The notes under the pieces were generated by a model, which had not been told where the DNA came from, ran no database searches, and saw nothing but the letters and a program-made list of their open reading frames with translations. The translations under genes and the position numbers were made by a program. This document shows positions 8,602-17,447 of a DNA stretch of 42,763 nt, in pieces. Position 1 is the first letter of the stretch; the number at the start of each line of letters is the position of its first letter. Origin of the DNA: an uncultured Alphaproteobacteria bacterium (lineage in GTDB: Bacteria > Pseudomonadota > Alphaproteobacteria > RF32 > CAG-239); NCBI GenBank assembly GCA_910580155.1, contig CAJTWX010000003.1, forward strand, positions 1 to 42,763. Direction: 5' to 3'.

Positions 8602-9633
8602 TTATTTTAAAGGGACTATCGGCATCATATTGGAACTTTTTGCTCCGGGTTCCATAATGACGGTTTTGGATTTTTTCAAAACATCTTCCATCGTTTCCAG
8701 ATAAAGCCTTTTTGCCGTAACAAGACGTCCGGTCTTGTAAGCTTCGTAAACCGAAGAAAAACGTTTTGCCTCACCATCAGCTTTGCTTATGACAGCTTGT
8801 TTATAAGCTTCTGCTTCCTGTTTGCGTTTGATGGCCTCGCCCTCTGCTTTCGGCAATACCTCGTTGGCGTATGCTTCCGCCTCATTTTTGAAGCGTTCGG
8901 CATCGGTTTTGGCACGTTGCACTTCGTTAAACGCATCAACAACTTGCTTTGGCGGGTCAGCTTTTTGCAGTTTAACGCGGACAATGTTGACACCGGTCTG
9001 GAAACCATCCAGCAAACCTTGCAGCTCTTTCTTGGTATCACTTTCGATTTTATCGCGGTCGCCGGTAATAATGTCTTCCATCTTTGACTGGCCGATAATC
9101 TCGCGCAATACAGATTGTGCAGCTACCTTAACCGTCGATTCGGGAGTTCTGGTTTTAAACAGATAGTCTTTGGCATCTTTAATGTTCCAAACCACCGTAA
9201 GGTTAATATCAACAATATTCTCATCGCCTGTCAGCATATGGCTTTCCGTTAAGGTATTAACCGAATTTCTTGAGCTGTATTCATTTTCGGCCACACCTAA
9301 GTTAATGCTTCGTTCTTTGCTGACATCCACAATATAAACCGTTTCAATCGGGTAGGGGAGATGATAATGCAAACCGGCTTCGGTTGTGTCAACATATTTG
9401 CCGAGCCTTAAAACAACGCCTTGCTCGCTCGGCTGAACCTGATAAAAGCCGGAAATAAGCCATAAAAACAATAATAAACCCAAGATAATTTTATAAAACC
9501 CGTCAAAATTATCTTTTGAATTTTGCATTTTGGCAATTTTTGCCGTAAAGTCGACGACATTGGCTTTATGTGAAGCCGTCTCATCCGTTGTATCCCACGG
9601 ATTTATATTGTTTAAATCTGTTTTTTTCACCAT
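8602..9633 (-). CDS. hflK: protease modulator HflK (SPFH/band-7)
   Basis: TM segment then SPFH domain (QPSEQGVVLRLGKY...). The C-terminal coiled-coil is rich in A/E/K. It is paired with hflC. Confidence 0.9.
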   Translation of the reverse strand: MVKKTDLNNINPWDTTDETASHKANVVDFTAKIAKMQNSKDNFDGFYKIILGLLLFLWLISGFYQVQPSEQGVVLRLGKYVDTTEAGLHYHLPYPIETVYIVDVSKERSINLGVAENEYSSRNSVNTLTESHMLTGDENIVDINLTVVWNIKDAKDYLFKTRTPESTVKVAAQSVLREIIGQSKMEDIITGDRDKIESDTKKELQGLLDGFQTGVNIVRVKLQKADPPKQVVDAFNEVQRAKTDAERFKNEAEAYANEVLPKAEGEAIKRKQEAEAYKQAVISKADGEAKRFSSVYEAYKTGRLVTAKRLYLETMEDVLKKSKTVIMEPGAKSSNMMPIVPLK

Positions 9634-9760
9634 AAATAAAACCTCAAAAGTTCTTCAAAATAAAAAATATATAAATTTTATACATTTATTGTAGAAAAAT
9701 AATACAAAGCTTGTATAAAAACAATATTGAATAAATTATATCCACATCAGGGGTTTTGCT

Positions 9761-10756
9761 ATGGTCAATATAACCGAAAATCAAAATTTGGTCTTAAAGT
9801 ATTATAAATCGGACGAGATATCATCAATTAAAGAATTAGGCAGCCGTCTGATTGTGACCTTAAATGCGGCTGGAGATGAAAACAAAGCAGCTCTGCTCAA
9901 ACACGAGTTGGAACAGACTAATCCGGATAGAAAAGTTAATGTCGTATTTGTGAAAGAAAAAGCCGAACAGCCTGTTGCTCCTGAGAAGTGGAATATTAAA
10001 GGCGTAAAGCATATTATAGCGGTAGCATCCGGCAAGGGAGGAGTTGGTAAATCTACGACTTCAGTTAATCTGGCGCTTGCGTTATCAAACTTAAATCTTA
10101 AAGTAGCGTTGTTTGATGCGGATATATACGGACCGTCTGTTCCGACAATGCTCGGGTATGCGGCTGTTCCGCCCACGTCATATGACGGAACAACGTTTGA
10201 GCCGTATCAGGAATGCGGGATTAAATCAATGTCCATCGGCAGTATGATTTCCGGCGATACGGCGTTGATTTGGCGCGGGGCAAAAGCTTGCGGCGCTATT
10301 CAACAGCTCCTGACCGAAACTAACTGGGGCGAGATTGATGTGATGGTAATTGATATGCCCCCCGGAACCGGCGATATCCAAATCACGATGTCGCAAAAGA
10401 TGGATTTTTCCGGCGCCGTTATTGTTTCCACACCGCAGGACATCGCTTTAATAGACGCTGTTAAAGGCATAAATTTGTTTAACAAAATCGGTGTTCCCGT
10501 ATTAGGCATAATTGAAAATATGAGTTATTATATTTGCGAAAAATGCGGCCAGCGTGCAGAAATATTCGGTCACGCCGGCGCTGAAAAAACTGCCGAAAAA
10601 TACGGTATAGATTTTCTAGGCGGAATCCCTTTGCATTATGATATCCGCCAAAATGCCGATTCGGGGACGCCTATAGTTCAAACTGCTCCTGACAGCGAAT
10701 ATGCTAAAGCTTATGAAAATATTGCCAAAAAAGTGGCTGAAAAAATAAGGTTATAA
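9761..10756 (+). CDS. apbC: Fe-S cluster carrier ATPase, Mrp/ApbC/NBP35 family
   Basis: Deviant Walker A VASGKGGVGKSTTSVNLA. CxxC motif YYICEKCGQR. ParA-like fold blocks DMPPGTGD. Confidence 0.88.
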   Translation: MVNITENQNLVLKYYKSDEISSIKELGSRLIVTLNAAGDENKAALLKHELEQTNPDRKVNVVFVKEKAEQPVAPEKWNIKGVKHIIAVASGKGGVGKSTTSVNLALALSNLNLKVALFDADIYGPSVPTMLGYAAVPPTSYDGTTFEPYQECGIKSMSIGSMISGDTALIWRGAKACGAIQQLLTETNWGEIDVMVIDMPPGTGDIQITMSQKMDFSGAVIVSTPQDIALIDAVKGINLFNKIGVPVLGIIENMSYYICEKCGQRAEIFGHAGAEKTAEKYGIDFLGGIPLHYDIRQNADSGTPIVQTAPDSEYAKAYENIAKKVAEKIRL

Positions 10757-10761
10757 ATACG

Positions 10762-11460
10762 CTACTTGTTAACCCGATAAAACTCTTTGCGGTGCTTTCG
10801 TCCCATTCCCCAGAGGTTGCCGAGTCCGTTTATCGGCTGCACGATATATTGCGATTTGATGTTAAAGTCCCGACGTAAAAAGACGGATGTTGTTTTAGTA
10901 TAATTGTTCATTGGGCAAAAACCATAAAAATCAATCTGGATTAAATCGCCTTTTTTCAGATTGTTTACGGCGTCAATATATTCCTGACTGGTGTTAATGC
11001 GGTCGCTGTCATCCAAAATAATCATCCCGCCGTCGTTCAATCTGTCCAGTGCCGTGCGTGCGCAATCAGCTCGCCTTTTGCCATCAACAATAATAACGTC
11101 ATATTTCTTATCGTCTTCATAAATGGCGTTGTAATAACCTTCCCCTTCGTCACGCCAGCGGATGTCCAGATTCGCGCATTGAAATTCCTTTTGCCATTTA
11201 TCAAACCATTGCAGGTTATCTTCAATGCTTGTTACTTGCTTTGCCCGATTCGCCCAGAATAAAGATGAATTTCCACAGCCAAACTCAAAAATTTCTTTTT
11301 CGGAAAAATCAAGCTGTGATAAATATTCTATTGCCGGATAGGTGTACCACGGAATCGGGTTATTATCTTTATCAAGGCAGACTTTCTCGTCAATTGTCCG
11401 TTCAATGGCAAATTCTTTCTGCCACATCTCAATAAATTTCAAAAATTTCTCACTGTACAT
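10762..11460 (-). CDS. class I SAM-dependent methyltransferase (substrate unknown)
   Basis: Motif I-like FEFGCGNSSLFWA and post-I/II-like DVIIVDGKRR ... GGMIILDDSD. The ORF-track start 11472 is TTG and lies inside the T-run of the gcrA terminator. The first ATG is 11460 with GGTGA upstream. Confidence 0.55.
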   Translation of the reverse strand: MYSEKFLKFIEMWQKEFAIERTIDEKVCLDKDNNPIPWYTYPAIEYLSQLDFSEKEIFEFGCGNSSLFWANRAKQVTSIEDNLQWFDKWQKEFQCANLDIRWRDEGEGYYNAIYEDDKKYDVIIVDGKRRADCARTALDRLNDGGMIILDDSDRINTSQEYIDAVNNLKKGDLIQIDFYGFCPMNNYTKTTSVFLRRDFNIKSQYIVQPINGLGNLWGMGRKHRKEFYRVNK

Positions 11461-11472
11461 CGCATTCACCAA

Positions 11473-11509
11473 ATAAAAAAGATGCGAAATTATATCAACC
11501 CCGCATCTT
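11473..11509 (-). terminator. putative rho-independent terminator after gcrA
   Basis: The minus strand reads AAGATGCG-(15 nt loop)-CGCATCTT followed by TTTTTTATTT, starting about 20 nt after the gcrA stop. The loop is rather large. Confidence 0.5.
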
Positions 11510-11530
11510 TAGTGTTGTAAATTCCAAAAA

Positions 11531-12010
11531 CTAAAATTTTTTCCCCGGTTTAACGTAGGCAACGGCAGCGTGCTCTTCGCAATAAGTCTGTCCGGTTCTA
11601 ACTCTTTTGCCGCAAAAACAAAAATCATCATCGCGCGGGTCACCCATCGGCCAACGGCAAGTGTGGTTATCAAGCTTCACCAGCGGAATATTTGCAGTTT
11701 CAGCTGCCACTGGTTTGTTGGCTGCCGATTTGACGGGCTTAGTCTCCTTAGCCGGTGCGGGTTTGGCAGAAGACTGCTTCGCTTGTGTGTTTTTTTCTTT
11801 AATTGTTTTTTCTTTTGGGGTATTTTTATTCTCTTCTTCTTCCAAATCTGTTTTTTTAATCGGTGAAGGTCTGGCAGTTAAACACAAACGGTGTACTTTG
11901 CCGATAATCGAGTTTTTTGTAACGTTCAGGGCTTTTGCTATCTGACCGGTAGTCATCCCCCTGTCCCACATTCTTTTTAATTCTTCAACTGCTTCATCGG
12001 TCCAAATCAT
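11531..12010 (-). CDS. gcrA: cell-cycle transcriptional regulator GcrA
   Basis: N-terminal WTDEAVEELKRMWDRGMTTGQIAKALN..TKNSIIGKVHRL and C-terminal CRWPMGDP...FCFCG......YCEEHAAVAY are the two conserved GcrA blocks. They are joined by a Lys/Pro/Ala-rich linker. Confidence 0.92.
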   Translation of the reverse strand: MIWTDEAVEELKRMWDRGMTTGQIAKALNVTKNSIIGKVHRLCLTARPSPIKKTDLEEEENKNTPKEKTIKEKNTQAKQSSAKPAPAKETKPVKSAANKPVAAETANIPLVKLDNHTCRWPMGDPRDDDFCFCGKRVRTGQTYCEEHAAVAYVKPGKKF

Positions 12011-12142
12011 TTTGTTGCCCCCTTGGTTGGTTGTTTACTTTTCAGCTCACAATAAACGATTCGGTTTTAAATTGCAAGTATAACGTTTTTTTAAATTTTA
12101 TGAAATAGAATAAAGCTAACTTGTTAAAAGGAATAAAGTTTT

Positions 12143-13402
12143 ATGCGTAAATTTGTTTTAGCCGCATTTTTGGCCGCAGGTTTAGTTTGTAATGCTGCAG
12201 CAGATATATCGGAATATCGTCTTCATTTTGATGTTAAAATGGATATGGATTTATCCAGTCTTGATAAATATATAGATAAAATAAAAAAAGCGGCCAAAGT
12301 CTATGATAAAGGCTATGAATCGCGATTTTATATAGGAAATAAATTTAATAAAGACTTCAGCCGTGTTATTAAGGCATACGGCTCAAGCGAAAGCCGTATC
12401 AAAACAAGCTATGAAGACGATTTGCTTGAGATGATTTTAATGCTTCCTAAAGAGATGTACCAATACATAGGGCCAATGTTGCACGAAGTTCCGACAATGC
12501 CTGAAAAAATCCTCAATCTCCCCGGAATCAAAGAAACAAAAAACAAATTTCCCGAAGATATAGCCGAAAAATATAAAGGAATGGAAGATATAGAGTTTTT
12601 GTCACCTGCGTTGTATGTTGCCTTAATGCCGCAAATGTGGGAAAAACAAAAGCAGGATTTGGATCGTCCCGAAAGTATTCCTGCGGCAAAACCGAAAAAG
12701 CCTGTTTTTTTGCCGGATTATCTAAAGGAAAAAGCCGATTCTCCGCTTCCTCAGGCGGAAAAGAAGCCTGCATCTGCTAATGCGCGGGTAAAAAACACGC
12801 CGGCAGATATGTCGCGTCGGACACTGTATCCGAATTTAACCTCTCCTTTAACCACCAGCGATGCCGAGGCATTTATAGCCACGCTTGATCAGATAAATGA
12901 ATGGGGGCGTCAAAATAATATGCAGAACAGTATGGCTGTAATTCGGGCCGGATTTTTGCTGAATCTTATAGAAGCAGATGCTGAAAAGCCATTGCAGCAA
13001 AGCACTCTAAAAGATATGGTCAATCCCTGTCAAAATCTGGTGCTTAAAACCCGCATAGCCGGTGTTTACCATAGTTTTGGTGCGGTGGTTGCAAAAGACG
13101 GGTTTACTCCCGAAGAATGGGCATATACCTGTGATAAAACTCTTAAAGCGTTTCGCGTAGCCGAGGCTAATCACGCAATGGCGTATGCCATCCGTTTTCA
13201 TCGCCGCGGCTATTATGACCGCTATTATGAAATGTTGCCGCTTAAATGGCAGCAGGGAATGAGACAGACTGAAGCCGCTCTGGTACAGATGTATTCAGCA
13301 TTAAAAGAAGATGTTTCGGCCATTAAGCCGATAAAGAAAAAAATCCGGAAAAAATTAGTTGAAAACGATGATTTGCTGCTGACAACGCCGATAATTTATT
13401 AA
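12143..13402 (+). CDS. hypothetical secreted protein
   Basis: 419-aa ORF with signal peptide MRKFVLAAFLAAGLVCNAAA. A Pro/Lys-rich linker lies in the middle (PESIPAAKPKKPVFLPDYLKEKADSPLPQAEKKPAS). The C-terminal domain contains Cys. No family recognised. Confidence 0.55.
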   Translation: MRKFVLAAFLAAGLVCNAAADISEYRLHFDVKMDMDLSSLDKYIDKIKKAAKVYDKGYESRFYIGNKFNKDFSRVIKAYGSSESRIKTSYEDDLLEMILMLPKEMYQYIGPMLHEVPTMPEKILNLPGIKETKNKFPEDIAEKYKGMEDIEFLSPALYVALMPQMWEKQKQDLDRPESIPAAKPKKPVFLPDYLKEKADSPLPQAEKKPASANARVKNTPADMSRRTLYPNLTSPLTTSDAEAFIATLDQINEWGRQNNMQNSMAVIRAGFLLNLIEADAEKPLQQSTLKDMVNPCQNLVLKTRIAGVYHSFGAVVAKDGFTPEEWAYTCDKTLKAFRVAEANHAMAYAIRFHRRGYYDRYYEMLPLKWQQGMRQTEAALVQMYSALKEDVSAIKPIKKKIRKKLVENDDLLLTTPIIY

Positions 13403-13420
13403 AAAAATCGAAAAAAACAG

Positions 13421-13450
13421 TTGCATTTCAAAGATGTGTTGTGCTATATA
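13421..13450 (+). promoter_or_regulatory. putative sigma-70 promoter of rpoZ
   Basis: TTGCAT (13421-13426), an 18-nt spacer, then TATATA (13445-13450), 40 nt upstream of the rpoZ ATG. Confidence 0.4.
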
Positions 13451-13490
13451 ACTTCACAAAGCATAAAATTCAAGATAAAGGGTAAATACA

Positions 13491-13970
13491 ATGGCTCGTG
13501 TAACAGTTGAAGACTGTATTGAAAAAATTCCAAACCGCTATGAACTTTTGTTGGTTGCGGCACAACGTGCAAAAGACATTGCTGCCGGTTCCCCGATTAA
13601 AGTAGAACGTGATAATGATAAAAACTCTGTCGTATCTTTGAGGGAAATTGCCGAAAGCAAGGCAGATATTGAAGAATTGCAGCGCTCTCTGGTTATGGGC
13701 TTGCAAAAATATGTAGAGGTTGAAGAACCTGAAGAAGAAGAGTTGGAAATTTTGGCTGCCGAAAAAGAACTTTCCGAATTGGATGCCCAATTTGACGGCG
13801 ATACCATTTTAGACGCTGCTCTTGCTGAAAGTATGCAGATTGAAGACAGCAACGGCGAAACTCTTGATGTAGACACTGCAGATGTATCATTGGATGATAC
13901 TGATTTGGATGATGATTTGCTTGATGTCAAAGATGATTTTTCTGATGATATCGAAGATTTTGAAGAATAA
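13491..13970 (+). CDS. rpoZ: DNA-directed RNA polymerase omega subunit with long acidic C-terminal tail
   Basis: MARVTVEDCIEKIPNRYELLLVAAQRAKDI is the canonical omega N-terminus. The gene sits upstream of spoT as in most proteobacteria. The last ~90 aa are extremely Asp/Glu-rich. Confidence 0.92.
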   Translation: MARVTVEDCIEKIPNRYELLLVAAQRAKDIAAGSPIKVERDNDKNSVVSLREIAESKADIEELQRSLVMGLQKYVEVEEPEEEELEILAAEKELSELDAQFDGDTILDAALAESMQIEDSNGETLDVDTADVSLDDTDLDDDLLDVKDDFSDDIEDFEE

Positions 13971-14003
13971 ATCTCTTTTTTAAGAAAATTTAATAATTCG
14001 TAA

Positions 14004-14037
14004 AGCAAGATAGGGTAAACATATCTTGCTTTTTTTA
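14004..14037 (+). terminator. rho-independent terminator after rpoZ
   Basis: AGCAAGAT-(11 nt loop)-ATCTTGCT followed by TTTTTTT. Confidence 0.7.
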
Positions 14038-14083
14038 TATTTTGCGCTATAGTTAACAAATGGGATGGATGAAAAGAGGTTAG

Positions 14084-16210
14084 ATGTTAAGACAATATGA
14101 ACTTGTAGATATCGTAAAATCGTATGACCCGAACGCAGATGAAGATGCGTTAAACCGCGCATATGTTTTTGCAATGAAAAAACACGGTGCGCAGCTTCGC
14201 ACCTCGGGTGATCCGTATTATTCCCATCCGATTGAAGTCGCTGGCATCCTTACAAAATTTCGCCTAGACTGCAATTCCATTATTGCCGGATTGTTGCACG
14301 ATACGGTTGAAGACACTGATACCACGGTTGAAGAAATTAAGGAGTTATTTGGTCCGCAGGTTGCTGCTATTGTTGATGGCGTAACCAAACTGGCAATTAT
14401 TGAGCAAAAATCAGGCTCAAGCAAACAAGCAGAAAATTTCCGTAAGCTTCTACTGGCAATGTCCGAAGATATCCGCGTGTTGCTAATCAAACTGGCAGAC
14501 CGCCTGCATAATATCCGCACGTTACATTTTTGCAAAGAAGAAAAAAGAAAAAGAATCGCTAAAGAAACGCTTGATATTTATGCGCCGCTTGCCGAGCGTA
14601 TTGGTATGCAAGAGATTAAAACAGAGCTTGAAGAAATCGCATTTTCAGAATTGCATAAAGAAGCGCACGATTCTATCGTTGCGCGTTTAAACTTTTTACG
14701 CGAACAGGGGAGCAACCTTGTTCCGAAGATTATTGACCAATTAGAAAAAGATATGGAGGAGAATGGCGTCAAGGCAACGGTGACCGGCCGTGAAAAATCC
14801 CCATATTCTATATGGCGTAAAATGCAATTAAAAAACGCTTCGTTTGAACAATTGTCAGATATTATGGCATTTCGTATCTGTGTGGATGATATTGCCGCCT
14901 GTTATCAGGTTTTGGGGATTATACACAGTAAATACCATATGGTACCGCGCCGGTTTAAAGATTATATCTCAACCCCGAAACCCAACGGCTATCAGTCTAT
15001 CCATACCGGCATCATCGGACCGGAAAATACCCGAATCGAAATTCAAATCCGTACGCACGAAATGCACGAAATCAATGAAAAAGGCGTGGCGGCTCACTGG
15101 GCATATAAACAAGGGCAAAAAGTTGCCGGACGCAGTTTCCGCTGGATTCGAGAACTACTGGAGATTTTGGAACAAGCGCAAAACCCCGATGAATTTTTGG
15201 AAAACACTAAGCTTGAGATGTATAATGATCAGGTATTTTGCTTTACGCCAAAGGGGGATTTAATTGGTTTACCTTATGGTTCAACACCAGTTGACTTTGC
15301 CTATGCTGTGCATTCAAGCGTGGGTGATAAATGTGTCGGAGCAAAAATCAACGGTGAAATAAAACCTTTAAGAAGTGTATTACAGAATGGGGATCAGGTC
15401 GAAGTACTGACCTCCAAAGCACAGCATCCTTCCACCGAGTGGGAGCGATTTGTGGTGACAGGAAAAGCCAAAGCAGCGATTCGCCGCTATGTACGGGCGT
15501 GTAAACGCGAACAGTTTCTGGCACTCGGCAAAGATATTTTGGAAAAGCTGTTTAAACAAGAAAATCTGGAGTTCAGCGAGAAAGGTATCTATGGGACGCT
15601 GCCGCACTTTGAGTGTGAAACGCTTGAAGATTTATATGCTAAAGTAGGTGAAGGGCTTGTAACCGGCTGGGATGTATTAAGAGCCGTTTATCCAGCATAC
15701 AAACAATCGAAAATTACTCAGGTAGTAAATTCCATAAAGCTCTCCAAGCCAAAGAAGAAAAAGAACAATGCATTGAAAATTGAGGGGCTGATAACCGGTA
15801 TGGCTGTTCATTTTGCCGGATGTTGTCACCCCGTTCCCGGCGACAGGATTGTCGGCATCGTAACCACCGGAAAAGGTGTTGCCGTGCATTCTTTGTCTTG
15901 CAAAGCGCTTGAAAAATATGCAGATGAACCGGAACGCTGGCTTGATATCTCTTGGGGCAACGATGCTGAAAGCGAAAACCATACTGCCCGTATGAAAGTA
16001 ATGATTAGCAATGAACCCGGTGCTTTGGGTGAATTGTCAAACCTCATAGCCCGTCAAAACGCCAACATTACAAACTTGAATATTGTATACAGAACGATTA
16101 GTTATTTTGAAATCTTGGTAGATATAGATGTCAAAAATACTGACCATCTAAATGACATTATCTCCGCCTTAAGAGCATCTAAAGTCATAAGTTTTGTATC
16201 CAGAGCATAG
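14084..16210 (+). CDS. spoT: bifunctional (p)ppGpp synthetase/hydrolase, RelA/SpoT (Rsh) family
   Basis: HD hydrolase motifs (YYSHPIEVA, LLHDTVEDT). Synthetase block (YSIWRKM...DIMAFRI...PKPNGYQSIHT...EIQIRT). TGS region (VFCFTPKGD) and C-terminal ACT-like domain. Confidence 0.93.
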   Translation: MLRQYELVDIVKSYDPNADEDALNRAYVFAMKKHGAQLRTSGDPYYSHPIEVAGILTKFRLDCNSIIAGLLHDTVEDTDTTVEEIKELFGPQVAAIVDGVTKLAIIEQKSGSSKQAENFRKLLLAMSEDIRVLLIKLADRLHNIRTLHFCKEEKRKRIAKETLDIYAPLAERIGMQEIKTELEEIAFSELHKEAHDSIVARLNFLREQGSNLVPKIIDQLEKDMEENGVKATVTGREKSPYSIWRKMQLKNASFEQLSDIMAFRICVDDIAACYQVLGIIHSKYHMVPRRFKDYISTPKPNGYQSIHTGIIGPENTRIEIQIRTHEMHEINEKGVAAHWAYKQGQKVAGRSFRWIRELLEILEQAQNPDEFLENTKLEMYNDQVFCFTPKGDLIGLPYGSTPVDFAYAVHSSVGDKCVGAKINGEIKPLRSVLQNGDQVEVLTSKAQHPSTEWERFVVTGKAKAAIRRYVRACKREQFLALGKDILEKLFKQENLEFSEKGIYGTLPHFECETLEDLYAKVGEGLVTGWDVLRAVYPAYKQSKITQVVNSIKLSKPKKKKNNALKIEGLITGMAVHFAGCCHPVPGDRIVGIVTTGKGVAVHSLSCKALEKYADEPERWLDISWGNDAESENHTARMKVMISNEPGALGELSNLIARQNANITNLNIVYRTISYFEILVDIDVKNTDHLNDIISALRASKVISFVSRA

Positions 16211-16218
16211 GAGGTTTG

Positions 16219-16752
16219 ATGTCCCTGATAACAAAAGCGGGACTTGAACTGCAAAAAATATATCAAAAGACTGTCAGAATACTCGATTCGCTTAAAGGAA
16301 CGCCTCAAAGTATAGCCAAAGGTTTTGCAACCGGTGTGGCAATGTCCTTTACGCCGTTTGTCGGTTTTCATATATTGCTGTCTTTAATGGTTGCAAAAGT
16401 GACAAAGCAAAACGGTATAGCCGCAACTCTGGGAACAATCGCAGGAAACCCGTGGACATTTCCGCTAATATGGTACACAACTTTGCACACAGGGCATTTT
16501 TTACTTGGAAGCGACGCCCCGAAACTACCGGTTAATTTTAAAGCACTGTTCAGCGAGTTGTTTCACACGGTGATAACGCTTGACTTTAGCGCATTTTTAA
16601 GCGATATTTGGCCTGTGGTTTTCCCGATGTTGGTCGGGTGTATACCTTATTACATTGCGGTGTGGCTGCTGTGTTCGCACCTTATAGCACAGGTATTGAG
16701 TAATAAAACAGACAATGGAGATAAACAGGATGATTCTCGGACTGGGGTGTGA
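16219..16752 (+). CDS. DUF2062 family membrane protein
   Basis: KGFATGVAMSFTPFVGFHILLSLMVA...GNPWTFPLIW is the DUF2062 signature. AGGAGG lies at 16209-16214. ATG at 16219 is preferred over the TTG at 16216. Confidence 0.75.
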   Translation: MSLITKAGLELQKIYQKTVRILDSLKGTPQSIAKGFATGVAMSFTPFVGFHILLSLMVAKVTKQNGIAATLGTIAGNPWTFPLIWYTTLHTGHFLLGSDAPKLPVNFKALFSELFHTVITLDFSAFLSDIWPVVFPMLVGCIPYYIAVWLLCSHLIAQVLSNKTDNGDKQDDSRTGV

Positions 16753-17134
16753 TATTGTTGAAATTTCCCGCTTTGACAAAGGCGATAATTTCTTACGGCA
16801 TTTTATGCGTAAATATTTTACCGCAAAAGAGATAGAAGAAATCAGGCAAAAACGCAGCAATCAAAATTATGAAGAACTGAAAATAACCGTTGCCACCCGT
16901 TTTGCCGCCAAAGAGGCTGTAGCCAAAGCATTAGGTACAGGGTTCAGAAATGGCATAACGCTGAAAGATATTGAAGTACAACACGATTCTGTCGGTAAAC
17001 CGGAAATAATTTTATATAATCAAGCCTTATCCCGCGCTTATGAAATTGCCAATCGCCAAGAGTTTAGAGTCTATCTTACGTTATCAAACGAGCGGGCATA
17101 TTCTAATGCAGTTGCAGTAATAGAAAAGCTTTAA
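16730..17134 (+). CDS. acpS: holo-[acyl-carrier-protein] synthase
   Basis: MILGLGCDIVEISRF... and FAAKEAVAKALGTG are canonical AcpS blocks. ATG 16730 has a GGAG 9 nt upstream. The ORF-track start 16715 adds 5 non-conserved residues. Confidence 0.9.
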   Translation: MILGLGCDIVEISRFDKGDNFLRHFMRKYFTAKEIEEIRQKRSNQNYEELKITVATRFAAKEAVAKALGTGFRNGITLKDIEVQHDSVGKPEIILYNQALSRAYEIANRQEFRVYLTLSNERAYSNAVAVIEKL

Positions 17135-17139
17135 GATAC

Positions 17140-17166
17140 AAAAAAAATCGGGCAATTGCCCGATTT
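17140..17166. terminator. terminator hairpin between convergent acpS and rpmJ (strong for rpmJ, weak for acpS)
   Basis: Perfect palindrome ATCGGGCAATTGCCCGAT (17147-17164). It is preceded by an A8 run, which is a T8 run for the minus strand. Only TTT follows it on the + strand. Confidence 0.75.
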
Positions 17167-17185
17167 AAAAATCCAAACGTCCGGA

Positions 17186-17311
17186 TTAACCTTGACGAGC
17201 CTTATACTTCGGCTCTCTTTTGTTAATAACATAAAGACGCCCTCTGCGACGAACAAGCTTACAACCTCTTACGCGCGCTTTTTTAGACTTTAAAGAGCTA
17301 TATATTTTCAT
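17186..17311 (-). CDS. rpmJ: 50S ribosomal protein L36
   Basis: Not in the ORF track because it is only 41 aa. My own minus-strand translation is [41 protein letters not shown]. This matches the alphaproteobacterial-type L36 consensus (MKVRSSLKS...C..VRR.GR.YVINK..P..KARQG). AAGGA lies upstream and a terminator downstream. Confidence 0.9.
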   Translation of the reverse strand: MKIYSSLKSKKARVRGCKLVRRRGRLYVINKREPKYKARQG

Positions 17312-17385
17312 TTTTCTTTTTCCTTACACAAAAGTTTGAGCGCAATATACGTTACTTGTTTTAATTTGTCAATTGATTTTTTAGC

Positions 17386-17413
17386 TTGAAATCGATTTAT
17401 TTGTAGTTATAAT
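17386..17413 (+). promoter_or_regulatory. putative sigma-70 promoter
   Basis: TTGAAA (17386-17391), a 16-nt spacer, then consensus TATAAT (17408-17413), about 35 nt upstream of the ATG at 17448. Confidence 0.45.
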
Positions 17414-17447
17414 CGCAAACGTCAATAAAAGAGCCAAAGAGAGAACG

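Noticed and set aside
12058-12062. A single GANTC (GATTC) CcrM methylation site in the gcrA upstream region.
   Set aside because: One occurrence in 132 nt is about what chance would give. It has no phasing with a recognisable promoter.
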